Shown in pieces: positions 39,579-53,300 of a stretch of DNA of 64,000 bases (within the stretch, counting starts at the first letter, position 1; every line of letters starts with the position of its first letter). Position numbers and translations under genes: made by a program. Below the pieces are notes generated by a model. That model was not told the origin of the DNA. It searched no databases and saw only the letters and a list, made by a program, of their open reading frames with translations. Origin of the DNA: a virus (lineage: Duplodnaviria; Caudoviricetes); IMG/VR virus record IMGVR_UViG_3300029305_002190, positions 1 to 64,000 of that record, one strand, 5' to 3'.

Positions 39579-40085
39579 GTGATGAATATGATTGTTGCTG
39601 GAATTGATGGCAGCACTACAAGCACAGGGCTGGCAATTATGAGAGATGGTGAATTAATATTTCGTACACTAATTGATTTAAAAAAAGACAAAGATTCAAT
39701 GAGGCGTATTCGTCGCATGCTTTTAAAAATTTGCGAAATATTAGATGAACATAAGCCAGATGTAGTTTATATGGAAAAGAGCATTATGAAAACCAATATA
39801 GACACAACGCAAAAGCTATCAAATCTCGCAGGCGGTATGATGTTATATTGTGCTTTACATGACATTGAGTTTGTTCACCCAATGCCGTCTGAATGGCGTG
39901 CGAAAATTGGAATTGAGCAATCAAATAAAATTAAGCGTGAGACATTAAAAGAAGAAGCAATTTTGGCTGTTAAAAATGAGTATGGTATTAATGTTAATGA
40001 TGATGTGGCTGAAGCCATACTAATTTGTAGAAGCGCTTTTGATTTGCCAAAGATTGATATTTCAGAAGAGGATCTTTGGAACTGA
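39579..40085 (+). CDS. RuvC-like Holliday junction resolvase
   Basis: AGIDGSTTSTG, PDVVYME, P.EWR, DDVAEAI acidic catalytic pattern. Confidence 0.85.
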   Translation: MMNMIVAGIDGSTTSTGLAIMRDGELIFRTLIDLKKDKDSMRRIRRMLLKICEILDEHKPDVVYMEKSIMKTNIDTTQKLSNLAGGMMLYCALHDIEFVHPMPSEWRAKIGIEQSNKIKRETLKEEAILAVKNEYGINVNDDVAEAILICRSAFDLPKIDISEEDLWN

Positions 40086-40166
40086 CTATGAGAACTATGC
40101 CGTCATGGTGCGATTTTCATGGCGGTTTTATATATAAAAATTATGAACTAAAAAGGAGAAAACGAT

Positions 40167-40724
40167 ATGACTACTAAGGAACTAATTACACTAATGAGCG
40201 ACAACAGAAACAAGATGCTAAAAATTGAGCAGTTAGAAGCGGTTCTAAAAAAGAAATTAGAAGTGAAAGAATACATTAGCATCAAGTCAAAAAAGAGCCT
40301 TGTTGACGACATTGTAAACGAATGCATTCTATATGAAGATGGTATTTTTAAATTCAATGATATTGAAAAATATATTTGTTTCACCATGAGAGTTATTGAA
40401 GCTTATACAAATATTGAACTATCTGATGATTTAGAAGAAGAGTACGATCTACTGTGCGAGTCTAAGTTGCTTGAATCAATTATTAATACGTTCAAGAAGG
40501 AATATGACGACGTAAATATTCTACTTCAAATGAAGTGTGATTATGTATTAAATAACAATACACTTGCTGCACAGGTTGGTAGATTTTTCGATGGCATTTT
40601 GGAGAAGCTAGATATTGTCGTTGACACTCTGGCTAACAAAGTTGACGGTTCTGATTTTAAAAACTTACCCATTAGCAGTGAAGATATAAATAAATTAATG
40701 CAGTTCATTAATAAGCAGAAATAA
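40167..40724 (+). CDS. Hypothetical protein (possible tail assembly chaperone)
   Basis: 185 aa, helical, AAGGAG RBS, two genes before the tape measure. Confidence 0.55.
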   Translation: MTTKELITLMSDNRNKMLKIEQLEAVLKKKLEVKEYISIKSKKSLVDDIVNECILYEDGIFKFNDIEKYICFTMRVIEAYTNIELSDDLEEEYDLLCESKLLESIINTFKKEYDDVNILLQMKCDYVLNNNTLAAQVGRFFDGILEKLDIVVDTLANKVDGSDFKNLPISSEDINKLMQFINKQK

Positions 40725-40740
40725 TATAAGGAGTGATTTT

Positions 40741-41286
40741 ATGGCTGTTCAATGTTTGGACGCTGCTTTTGCTGCGATTATTAAGGACTGCCAAGCTATT
40801 GCAGTGGAGGCAGTTAAAAACGCAGCCAAAAAAACACAAAAGGATATTTTAAAAGAAGCAGATAATTATTTGCAAAAATATTATAGCAATTATACACCTA
40901 AGAGATATAAACGCACACATCAATTACAAAATGCAATTAAGCCAGTGATTGAAGACCATTCAACTGGAACAAGTACTTCAATCGAAGTTGGTGTTGAATA
41001 CGACTCTAGTGCGTTAAAAGGTGCCTATAGAAGCAATTCTCGTTGGCATCAATCTGGAGGCGCTTGGAGGCCAGTTGTTGATTATACAGATTTTAGTTCT
41101 GACAATGGTATTCCAGAACCAGAATGGATTATAGGAAATTTTTTAGAAGGAATTCACCCATGGGCACAAACAGATGGAGAGTCTACTAATAGCCTTATGG
41201 AAGAATTTTTTGATGTTCAATTAGCTGGTCGTATTGAAAAATATGTTCAGGAAGAATTATTTGCTGCTATAACTAGCAGATTGTAA
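40741..41286 (+). CDS. Putative tail completion protein
   Basis: YY.NYTP.RY.RT.QL motif; directly before the tape measure. Confidence 0.5.
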   Translation: MAVQCLDAAFAAIIKDCQAIAVEAVKNAAKKTQKDILKEADNYLQKYYSNYTPKRYKRTHQLQNAIKPVIEDHSTGTSTSIEVGVEYDSSALKGAYRSNSRWHQSGGAWRPVVDYTDFSSDNGIPEPEWIIGNFLEGIHPWAQTDGESTNSLMEEFFDVQLAGRIEKYVQEELFAAITSRL

Positions 41287-41301
41287 TGGTGGTGAAATAA
41301 T

Positions 41302-44300
41302 ATGGGAAAAGATGTTAAGAAGAGATTTACGGTTAGTCTTGATATTGAAACCAAAGATGTTGAAAAACAAGTCAAAGCAACTGTTGGTAATCTAAAAACA
41401 ATTCTTGCGGATCTAGGTAAAGCATCTGATAAGATGGGTTATTTTAAAGAACTTGTTGATTATATTGGTCAGATTGATACAGCACTTACTGCATTAAGAG
41501 CAAAAAATAAAAATGCTTTTGACCATATGTTTGATGGTTTGGACGCAGATTTAAAGAAAGCGATGGAGGGCATTTTTGACACAAGTAGCAAAACAATGTC
41601 TGCACTTGATGCGCTTCGTGGTAAATTAAATGATGCATCAAAAAATGGTGCAGGAGTTAAAGAATTGAGACAGATCGCCTCTGAAATCAACGATTTGTTT
41701 ACCAGTCTTGGCAGAGCAGAACCAATTGATATTGATGCACAATTTTCTGGTAGAGGTAAAACAGAAGATAGAATAAATATATTAACCGATGCATTAGATA
41801 ATTTTGCAACTGTATGGGACGGCGTTAACAACAAGGTTAAGAGTGGATTTGGCTTTGGTGGCGCTGGTGGTATTGTAGAATTTAGTGAAGAAGTGCAAAA
41901 AGAGATTGATGCTTTAGAAGATAAAATTAAGTCAATTCAAGATCTAATGACAGAATTGCAAAATGTATTCAAAATGACCAAGGCATTTAGTGATGGCAAA
42001 GATGTGTCACTAGGATTCGAGGCCACAGAAGAATCAGCAAAAAACTTACTTGAGCAGTTTAAATTATTGTCTGCTACTAGACAAAAATTTCTTGAAGATG
42101 GGGACACATCATCACCTGCTTATTATGAAAATTTAATTCAGTACACTAAAGCTGCGACTCAACTAGTTGCTTTAAACGACGAGTTAGCAAAATCCAGTAA
42201 AGGTAGCCCAAAATTTTTAGCAAATGCGCTTTCTGGTGAGTTCGTAGATGTATATGACTTTATAGAGTCTTTTGATAAAAAGTTTGTGTCCGGTATTCAA
42301 ACCTCATTAAGTAAGATTGTTTCAGATGCACAAACTGGCATAGATAAAATTAAAGCAGATGCTCTGAAAAATATGTCACCAAGCACTGCTCAAGGAGCAG
42401 GAAGACCTGATGGTGGAAATGTTCCTGACGGAAAAGTGGAAAAAAACAAAGAGTTATCAAATTCCTACGAGGAATTGTCTAAGAAGGTTAATGAATATTA
42501 TGATATCCTTCAAAAAAGAAGCAAGTTTGATGAGGATTCTGATGAGTATAGACAGTTATCTTTTAGTCTTGACGCAATATCTGACTCCATAAAGAAAATA
42601 AAGTCATTAAATATTGATGAGACAATGGAGCTTACTGATGTTTTTGGAGATTTGGAATATGAAGAATATGGTCCAGAAGAAGCATTAAAAAGAATATGTA
42701 AAATACTACAGGTAGAGATTCCTTCTGCAGCCAAAACTGCAAAGAAAAGTCTTGATGAACTTGGAGGATCCACTGATGGCGGCACAGGTGTCTCAAGTGG
42801 TGGATCTGGCGGTACTATTACAAATGTCGATTTCACGTCTCTAGAAAATACTATTAAAGCGGAAATTGCATCTGTAGCAAATAAGTTAGATAGTGTTTTT
42901 AAAGTCGAAGTTGTGAAAAATGACACATCTGATATCAAAAATGCTATTGATGGAGTTAAATCAACCATTGAAAAGATTTCTGCAGAAATTGATGGTTACA
43001 ATGCATTAAAAAAGACTAACGCTCAGCAGGCTGAAGTCAATGCAATGAAGAATAATTTAACTCAGTTGTTCAAATTTGTATCTGAGTTTAATGCAAAACA
43101 AATTGATGGAAACTACCAACACCAGGAGATTAGCGCAGCAATTTTGTCAGATGGTTCAATATCTACTGGATATGGTGAACATGGTACTGTACCGTGGGAT
43201 AGGATGGCGAGCGCCCTAGTATCCAATTTGACAAAATCTTTGATGGTGGATATCCATTCTCATCCATGGGCACAAAATGGATTCTTAGATAGATATGCCA
43301 ACGATTCATTCAGTGGTTCAAAAGGTGACCTTGGTGCATTTAGATTCTCTAAAGAACTAGGTGCACAAATGGCAGCAATGATCACTGGCAATGTCATGAG
43401 AACTCTTGATGTAAGTAAGCTGACAGACGAGCAAATGAGACAATTCGGAAAAGCACTTGCTCAGATAGAAAAAACTCAAGCAAATACTCCTGAGTACTCT
43501 AAGTACATGGAGTACAAGAATGATAAATTGTATTATCATAGTCAACCAACACTGGATGAGCAACATAAAGTTACAGAGGCTTTTGAAAGCCTGATGTACA
43601 AAGCCTTTAAGGAGATAGGTTTATCAAAAAATAAAGTCGATAAGGAAATATTTAAAAAATATGACTTAACTGATGATGCACAGCTTACAGAGTTGGCTGA
43701 ACGCCTAGTTCATTTATCTCAGTCTTCACAGAACGCACTAAGTCCAGTTGAAAGACTTTCAGAGATTATCTCTCATTTTAGTGGCGACGTAAATAGCAAA
43801 ACAGCAAAAGAAAATTTTGAGGCGTTTACAAAAGGTGAGCTGACTGCCGCAGAAGTGTTCAATAACTTAAATCGTGATGGTCATACACTGAACCAAGAAA
43901 CGCTTGATTCTTTGTATAAAATTGATAGTGCCAATGAAATACCTGCTGTTGAATCATTGTTAACACAGGTTGTAAGTATTCTAAATACAATTGAATCAAG
44001 CGTGGCAAATATCAATAATAGCACAAGACAGAGCACAAGTGGTCAATTTGATACGGCAATCAATAACATCTTAGATATTCGTGAAGGTGTAAAAAACAAG
44101 AATATTTTAGCTGGAATAAAGTCAATTTTTGATCCTCTGAATATATCAGAATATAAAAACAAAGAAGTTTTGCAAATTGCTGATGGATCAATATTGGATG
44201 CAAAAGATTACATTCAGGACTTATTTGTGCAGTCTCATTCTGATGGCTCTGTAAACTTGGATGAAATGCAGGTTGCATTAGATAAATTTTATTTAGCAAT

Positions 44301-47300
44301 GTCTAATATCCAGGATGCGATTAAGCAAGTTGATCTGTACGAAGAGAGAACAGGCAAAACTTATGTAGATAGTGACGGCGATATAGCAAAGCTAACATTA
44401 AATGATAAATATAGAGAGATAACTGATGATAATTTATTACAGCAGTTATTGTATTTACTATCTCAAGCAAAAGTTGATATTAGTAAAAGCAAAGAATTTT
44501 ATCAAAATGGGTTTGGCGACAAGCAGACAGATTATGACTATGATAATAGTCAAGTGTCTAGTGTTCTGCAGTCCATACAATCTACATTAGACTCTATTTA
44601 TGGTGTCTTACATGGTTTTACTGGTATTGAGGCAGATAATAAAAATGCACTTAAGTATAAAGAGCCTGTAGTTGATACTGGTATAAATAGAAAAGAATTC
44701 TCTGAACAAGACCTTTCTGTTCTAAATTCTATTTTACAAGTACTACATGGCATTGATGGTTACTTGTCTACAAATAAACCTGATGACGTAACTGAAAAGG
44801 TTACTCAGGATAACACTGACATTTCTGAGCTTGTAAGCTTTATTAGATCAAAGCTATCTCAGCAACTTGCTACAGAAGATACATTGCAATCAATTAAGGG
44901 AGCAATAGAGCAAATTGCAGAACTTGCGAGATCAAAAGACGAATCTAAAAAGGACGATGGCGAAGATCTTACCCAAAACCTTAATACACTAATAAGTGCT
45001 TTGACTGCCAATGTGTCTACTTTAAAAGATGTAGCTAACGGAATTGTCCAGCACCAAAAGGCACAAAAATCTGATACAAGCAAGGCAATGGCCAGGATTC
45101 AAGATCCGACTGAACAGCAAATCATTTCTGGCATAGCAAAGAATTCTGTAATAGATCTTGGCACAGAAGTGGAAATTGAAAGTTTGCAGGCACTCGCAAA
45201 TGGCTTAGTTAAGGTTGAAGGTGCTTTTAAAAATGCAAATGGTCAATGGGAAGGGTTTGCTGTTAAGGTCAATGAAGCGAATGCAGCAGTCGATCTTGCA
45301 ATTAAGAAGCAGTCTGTATTTGCAAGAGCTTTGAACAAAGCTAAAGATATTGATGAAAATACATACCAATATAACAAAGAAGAAGTCGAGGCAAGGGCGC
45401 AAAAGCATCTTGAAGAGTATGCTGCTCAGGGCAAAAATGCAACAGTGCAATTTAAGGATAGTGGTAGATATACCATTACTATCCTAGAAGAAATTGATGG
45501 CTTATCTAAGCAAATCTTCCAGACATTTGATGAGAATGATGATAAGATTGAGCGTACCACTGTCACTATGTCTAATAAACAAAAACTTAAGTTAGAAAAT
45601 TTGCAAAAGAAGCTTATAGATAATGGTCTAACTAATGGTTTAATTAGCGACAAGGACAATGAGTATAAAAATTATCAAGCTGCTGCTGATGCATTAAGTA
45701 ACATGACTAATGCGTATAGTCAGATGGATAATATTTCCGACGTAGAGATTGCAAACTGGAAACAACAAATTGCACTTGTACAGCAATTAGGCGGTCAGGT
45801 AGAGGCATTAATTAATCAAAGAAAAGCAGTAAATGATCAGAAAGTTTTTGAATCTGATAGAACAAAAAAGCTAGGTAGGTTCAATTTAGACAAGGCAAAT
45901 CTTGAAAGCAATATCGACATGACAAAAATTTCTGATAAATTAAAATCAGATATTGCTGATGCAGGAAAAGCTATAGCAAATGCAACTGATGCAGACAGTT
46001 TAAAAATTGCAATCAATAACTGGGAAGCATTACAGAATCAAATTAAAGCAACTGCTGTTCAACAAGATTTATATATTAAAAAGACAAAAGAGATTAGCGG
46101 AGGCAATACCAAAAAAGGCCAAGCATATGGAACTAGTCAGCTACAGAATTTTACTGCAAGATATAATTCGCTAAGAACTGGCGCATCTGAAGTTGGTTTG
46201 AATGAGCAGTCCACTGTTGTTGCTAATTTGGCAAATGCGTACAAACAGTTGCAGGTGGCTCAAAGCGCATTTGTTGCAGGTGAAGACAAGACTTCTGCAG
46301 AATATGCGAAAAAAGTTGAAGTTTTTAAGGCCGCACAATTAGCATGTAACAATTATGCAAGGGAATTGAATAAAGTTGTCACTGCTTCAAAGAAGTTAGA
46401 AGCAGAAAGTGTTGCGTCTGATGTATTGGATGAAGATTTTAAAGATACAATTGATGGTCGTAAGGTTGCACTTAAAGATTTTGTTCAGACGACATATGGG
46501 TCAAAGGCAGTTGTTGGAGAATTTACTAATCAATTTAATGAATTAAACTTTGTTGTTAAAAATGGTGATGGCACGTTCACTAGAATGACAGCGTCTATTA
46601 ATGAAGCAAGAACGGCCATTCACGCAACTGCTGGTGCCACAGGAGAAGTTACTAACAAGTTTAAGTCATTTATTAATGAGCTTTCAGGAAAATTCAAATC
46701 AATTAGCACATACTTTATGGCATCGTTTGGTATCGAAGAAGTATGGCAACAGTTGAGACAAGGTATTCAGTATGTAAGAGAGATAGATTCTGCTTTAACA
46801 GAACTTAAAAAGGTTACAAATGAAACTGATGCAAGCTATGATGCGTTCTTGCAATCAATGTCCAAGACTGGCAGTGTTATTGGTGCGACAGTTCAAGATT
46901 TGACAACGATGGCTGCAGATTGGGCAAGACTTGGCTATTCTATGGAAGAGGCAGGTAAGCTTGCTGAGAGTACTGCTATCTTGCTTAATGTCTCTGAATT
47001 TGATGATGCTACTGCTGCATCTGAAGCATTGATTTCTACAATGCAGGCATTCAAGTATACTGCGGATGATAGTCAACATGTTGTTGACATCCTCAATGAA
47101 GTTGGTAACAATTACGCAGTATCCTCTGACGGAATTGCAACAGCACTACAAGATTCCGCTTCTGCATTGATGGAAGCTGGCAACAACTTAGAACAGTCAG
47201 TCGCTCTAGTAGCTGCTGCCAATAAGGTTGTTCAGGATCCTAATTCTGTAGGTAGTGCATTGCGTACAATCTCTCTAAGACTCCGTGGTACTTCAGTAGA

Positions 47301-50300
47301 AGTACTAGAAGAATTGGGAGAGGAAACTGATGGAGCAGTAGAAAGCATCAGTAAGATGCAAGAAAAAATTAAGGCACTAACTGGCGTAGATATTTTAACA
47401 GATAGTGGCTCTTATAAAGAAACATATACAATTCTAAAAGAAATCGGTACAGTTTGGGAAGACATGTCTGATATTGACCAGGCAGCACTACTCGAACTCA
47501 TGGCAGGTAAAAACCGTGCAAACACTCTAGCTGCCATCCTTGGCAACATGGAAGACCTAGAGGGTGCATACAACGATGCCTTAAAAGCAGAAGGCTCAGC
47601 ATTAAAAGAAAACGAAGCATACTTGGATTCCATTCAAGGTAGAATCGACCTATTCAAAAATTCACTCCAAACAATGTGGATGAATTTTGTTGACTCCAGT
47701 GTTGTCAAATTTATTGTTGATATCGGAACCGCCTTGATTAAAACAGCAGATGCGATGGGAGTTCTATCAACTGCAGCAGGTGGATGGGCTGGTATAAAAA
47801 CCATGATTAGTTCAATAAAAACTGATTTTGAGTCTATCAGCAATGGAACTTTTAACAAAGATATTTTTGGATTTAAGCAAATGCTTGAATCTGGCGATAT
47901 TGCCAAAAAGACTATTCAAGAAGTAGATAAGGCAATTCAAGACCAAACAGATACCAAAAATAAAAATGCTAAAGCAACAAAAGAGCAAATTAATGCAGAT
48001 ATACAAAAAATTAGCACACAGCAGACTGAAAATGCTGTAGAGAGTGCTGGTGCAGTGCAAACAGGTGTAGATACTGCACAAAAAATAGCAAACGAAAAAG
48101 CCACATGGGGACAGGTTGCAGCAGAAAGAGCTCTTGCTGTTGCCAAGGGTTTAGTAAAAGGACTTCTAATAGGTGCAGTAGTATCCCTAGCAGCAACTGC
48201 GATTACAGGTGTTATTAGTGCAATTTCTGATGCTTCAAAACGCATGGATGAATTGACAGATAGTGCAATTAAGTCTGCTGAAGAAACCAAAGAAGCACAA
48301 GAAAGCATTTCTGATTACAAAGATGAAATTGCAGATCTTGGAAAAGTCCTCAATGATAATGCGTCTTCGGAGACAGAACTTTACGACGCACGTAAAAGAT
48401 TAATTGAAATTCAAAATGAATTGATTGATAAATTTGGTCTAGAAGCAAAGGGATTAGATTTAGTTACTGATGCAATTAATGGTCAAACTAATGCTTTGGA
48501 TAAATTATCTCAGAAGTCTGCCTCCGACTGGATGAAAGAAAATATGGAAGCATATAAAGAAGCCAAAAATGAAATGGCAAAAACATATGATTCCAATAGA
48601 GAACTTCTGTTATTTGGTCAATCCAATTCTTCTGTAACAGGAACATCTGGAACTTTGGCTAATGCATCTCAAGATGTAATTAATGATTATCAAGATGGAT
48701 TGAAACGGATCATCGAAGATGAATATGGTGGAACTTTATCTGAAAAAATTTCCTCTAGTGTAGACGACTTAGGAAATACAATTAGTTTTGATAATATTTA
48801 TGCTTCTTTTGAAGGTAAAACAACCGAAGAACTAGATAAGGTATTTGATGCAATTCAAACATATTTATTGGATTTTGAAAATAATTATGATGGCATTGAC
48901 CTTAGTGATGAAATTATAAGAGTTCAAAATTTAAGAAACAAGTATGTTGACGAAGATTATAAAAAATCTAGAGAGTTATATGATTCTGGTCGCCAACAGG
49001 AAGCAATATCTAATTACGCCAAAGAGTATGGGGCTATTCTAGATGCAGAAGAAGAAATTTACAATGCAAAAAATGATGAAGAAAAACTAAATGCACTTAA
49101 AGAGTATAGGACGGCACTAGAGGCAGCAAAAAATGCAAAAACTGATGACCCACACATGGATGACTATTTTGACAAGATTGGCAAAAAATTTGATGAACAA
49201 GAGTATGAATTAAAAGTCAAATTGGACGAAGATGGTCTAAAGTCTAATCTGGAAGAAATAATTAACAGTGGAGGAGAAAGTGGCCTATCTGTTTTGGATG
49301 ATGTTGCAATCCAAGATATGGTTAATAGAGGACTAAATGTCGAGGGTGCAACTGATTCTAGTGGCAAATACACACAGGAACAAATCAGTGGATTGATTGC
49401 GTTACAATCAGAAGCAGATAAGGCTGGTATTAGCGTTGATAGCCTAATTAGCATTTTAACTAAACTTGGATTGGTTGCAGGCAAGCCTATAGAACAATCT
49501 GCTGAAAGTGTCAAGGCAGTTGCTGAAACATACTCAACACTTCGTGAGTCTGTTGATGGCTATAACGAAGTCCTCACACGAACCTCCGAAATCGTCTCTG
49601 ACAATACCGAAGTAACCCAAGAATATAAAGACTCCTTGAAAAGTCTTGGATTTTCCGAAGAAGAACTTGCAGATTGTTTTGATGAAAACAATAAGTTAAT
49701 TGTTAAGAACGCCGCTTTGCTAAATAAGCTTGTCAAACAAAAGAAACAAGATAAAACAGCAACCGTTCAGCAAGCCAAGGCATATGGACAGCTTCAGTAT
49801 AAAACTACTATTTCTCAAATTGGTCAACTTGTCAATAGAATGGCTACCGAAATTAAGGCCACAGGTTATGTATCTGCTGCTACATTGGATAACATTAGTG
49901 TGTTGCGTGAACAGTTAGATGTTATTAAACAAACCATTCAGCAATACGCTTTGCTCGAATTAAGCCTCAGCGATGCAGCTCAGGCTTATAGCGATTTTGA
50001 AGCAGCAAAACAAAGAGATGCACAACTAACTTATGGCGATTCAATGGTAGAAATGTTGGATGTTATCAATGAAGGTTTTAAGACTGGGCAGGTAGGCACC
50101 GAGGCGTTTCAGTTTGCTGTTAAGGCGATTGTTCCTCCTGAGTTTTATGAGAACATTGACGATGCTCAAGATAGAATGCAAGCAATTCATGATTATGTTG
50201 ATAAGCATCCTTTGTTTGCAGATTATTTCACCATTGACGAGGGTGAAATCTCCATCACAATGGACAACATCAAGGCATTTATTAAAGATTGTCAAGATGT

Positions 50301-53300
50301 TGGTCTTTTCACTGGAACTGATCCTTATGACTTTGATTTAAATTCTGGTTTTATTAATGACTCTGAAAAAGAACAGATTAGCGAATTAAATAACGAATTA
50401 GTTAAATTCCAGGATACATATAACGGCACTGTTGATCTCGTTAATAGAAAACGAATTGATATAACCGAAGAAAACATTGAGACCGTTCGTGGTTGGGGAG
50501 GCAGTATGGCGGAGGTCAACGTAGGTGACTACATGACCGTTGCCTCACAGACATATCAAGACGGTAAGGCAGCAATTGTTGTTACTCCAATTCTTCCGAA
50601 TGGAGAATTAATGAAACAGGATGAGTTGGATGCGTATATTGACGATGTCATTGCTAAAACTAATGCCGGTAGTGGTAATTACGCTGATTATGACACGAAA
50701 GGCATCTTAATGGGTGTGTTTGGAGATGCAGACACATGGGAGGCTAATTTAGCGGCATCCGATGAGTTTGTAAATCGTGTCCATGAGATCCATGAAATTA
50801 TTAATTCGTTTGGTGATTCTGTAACATTAAAAGACTTTGCAGATGAACTTGGTATGACCGAAGCGGCAGCTCTTGCAATGCTTACAGAGTTTGAAAAGTA
50901 TGATGCAAGCTGGGGAGACCTTATAGCAAGACTTACCACAACTGGATTAGATCGAGAAATAAACGATGCGACAGATGCTTTAGAAAAAGCAATAACCACA
51001 CAAGAAGAATTCATAAAGAGTGGTCAACCATTATATGATGAAAATGGAGAAATAACATCTGGATATAAGGCTGTTGTTGATGCGGTCAATAAGGCTCGTG
51101 ACGGATTAGATAATGCTACACAGGCAGCGATAAACAACGCACAGACATATACTCAAGTTGAATCAATATTAAAGGGTATGTCTGGAGAAATGAAATACAC
51201 TCAAGAGCAAGCAGACGCACTAGCTAGATCACTTGGGTTAATTGACGAGAATGGCCACATCACAATAAATACCGAAACTGGTGCTCTTGAATTAACCAAT
51301 GAGCAAGTTGATATTTTAAATCAAAAATTAACTGGGTTAGAAGAGCCAACCATGCTGGATATACAGCTTGCATATGATGATATTTATGGTCAAGTAGAAG
51401 AATTAAAGTCATACTTAGCCGACCCAGATAATTATGATGGAACTATTTTGGCGGATCTTGAGCTTACAGATTCAAGTGAAGCAGAAGTGCAAGCAGAGCT
51501 TGATAGATTGAATTCTATTTTAGGAGTTCTTGAATTGCATTATAATCTTTCCCCAAGTGTAGAGCAAAATGATGGCAACTTAGAAAAGCTTGGTAATTGG
51601 GAAACCAATGGCATCAATATAACAATTACTGGTGATAGTTCTAGTTTTGATGCGGCGGTAGCAGAAGTCAATGCTGTTGAGATGGAAGATAAACCAGTTA
51701 ATATTACAGCAGATCCAACAGAAGCAAATGCTAATATTGATTCTGTTGATAATAATAATATTGCAGACAAAAAGCCAGTGATTGCAATGCAAGGCGTTTC
51801 TGCTGCATTAACAAATATTTATTCTATTGATAGTGCGCTTGATGAATTACCAAACTATAAATCTGTAACTGTTGATGTTATATATAGGCAAACCGGATCT
51901 CCACCTAGTGGGGGTGTTGGTGTTGATGGAAATTTCCATGTGTCTGGTGATGCATTTGCAGGGGGTACCATTGGCGCACCAAGAAATGAAACAGCATTGA
52001 TGGGAGAACTTGGACCAGAAATATTAGTCAGGGATGGTAGATGGACTACTGTTGGAGAGAATGGCGCAGAATTTACACAAGTTAAAAAGGGCGACATAAT
52101 TTTTAATCATAAACAGTCTGAGCAACTACTTAAAAATGGCTATGTAACTGGCAGAGGAAAAGCATATGCAGGTGGTACAGCTTATGGTTTTGGTATTTTT
52201 GATTCATATGTTGGTGATGACGATGCTTTCAAAAATGGCTCCGATAAGTGGGTTAATCCTGGAGAAAATGCTTGGAGTGATGCCGCAGACGATGTTTCTG
52301 ATGCTGCAGATGACGCAGAACAAATTGTAGATTTCATTGAAATGAAGTTAGAAGAAATCGAAGCTATTATTGAAAAAACTACAACTAAGATTGCTAATTT
52401 CCTCGATGACACTACAAGTATTAAAAGCAAAGACGAACTCTATGACGAACTAATAAAAGCGGAAAAAGATAAGTCCGAAGCTTATTTAAAAGCTGCTCAA
52501 AAGTATAACGTAGAAGCTGCGGCCGCTCTATCTGGTGTGCCACAGCAATATCAAAAAATGGCCCGTAATGGTGCTATTGCCATTAAAGATTTCATTGGAG
52601 AAGACCAAGTTGAAATAGCAGAGGCAATCCAAGAATATAGAGATTGGGCAGCAAAAGCAGATGAAGCGGAAAACGGACATCTAGAAGCTATTGCTGCTAT
52701 TTCTGCGCATAGAGTTGAACAACTTGAAGATATTGCTACAGATTTTGAAAATATCGTTAGTATCTCTAAGTCTCATTCTGATTTGTTGCAGGCAGAGATG
52801 GATTTAATTGAAGAATCTGGAAATAGACTATCAGAGAGTTATTATGAAGAGCTTAAGAAGCATTCTCAGAAACAACTAGATGATATGCAAAATGAGCGTG
52901 CAGCGCTACAAAAGATTTTAGACGATTCTGTTGCTGCAGGTGATGTTGTTATTGGCTCTGATGACTGGTATTCTATGCTTGAGACTATCTATGAGGTCGA
53001 TCAAGAAATTGTTGATTGTAAGATTAGCTTAGAGGAATTCCAAAATGCGATAAATGAGCTATACTGGGATAACTTTGATAAGCTGATTGATGAAATCGAT
53101 AATGTTAACTCTGAGTTATCTAATCTATATGATCTTGTTTCCGACACTGACAATATAGTGGACGATACTGGAAATTGGACTGATGACGGCATTACTGCTC
53201 TTGGTTTACTTGCGCAGCAAATGGAGAATGCACAGTTCAAGTCTCAGCAATACGGTGAAGCAATTGAGAAACTTAAGAAAGATTATGCCGATGGTTTATA

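Noticed and set aside
40640-40740. Programmed -1 frameshift in a tail chaperone before the tape measure
   Set aside because: GAT TTT AAA AAC is not an in-frame X XXY YYZ heptamer, and the next ORF has its own RBS
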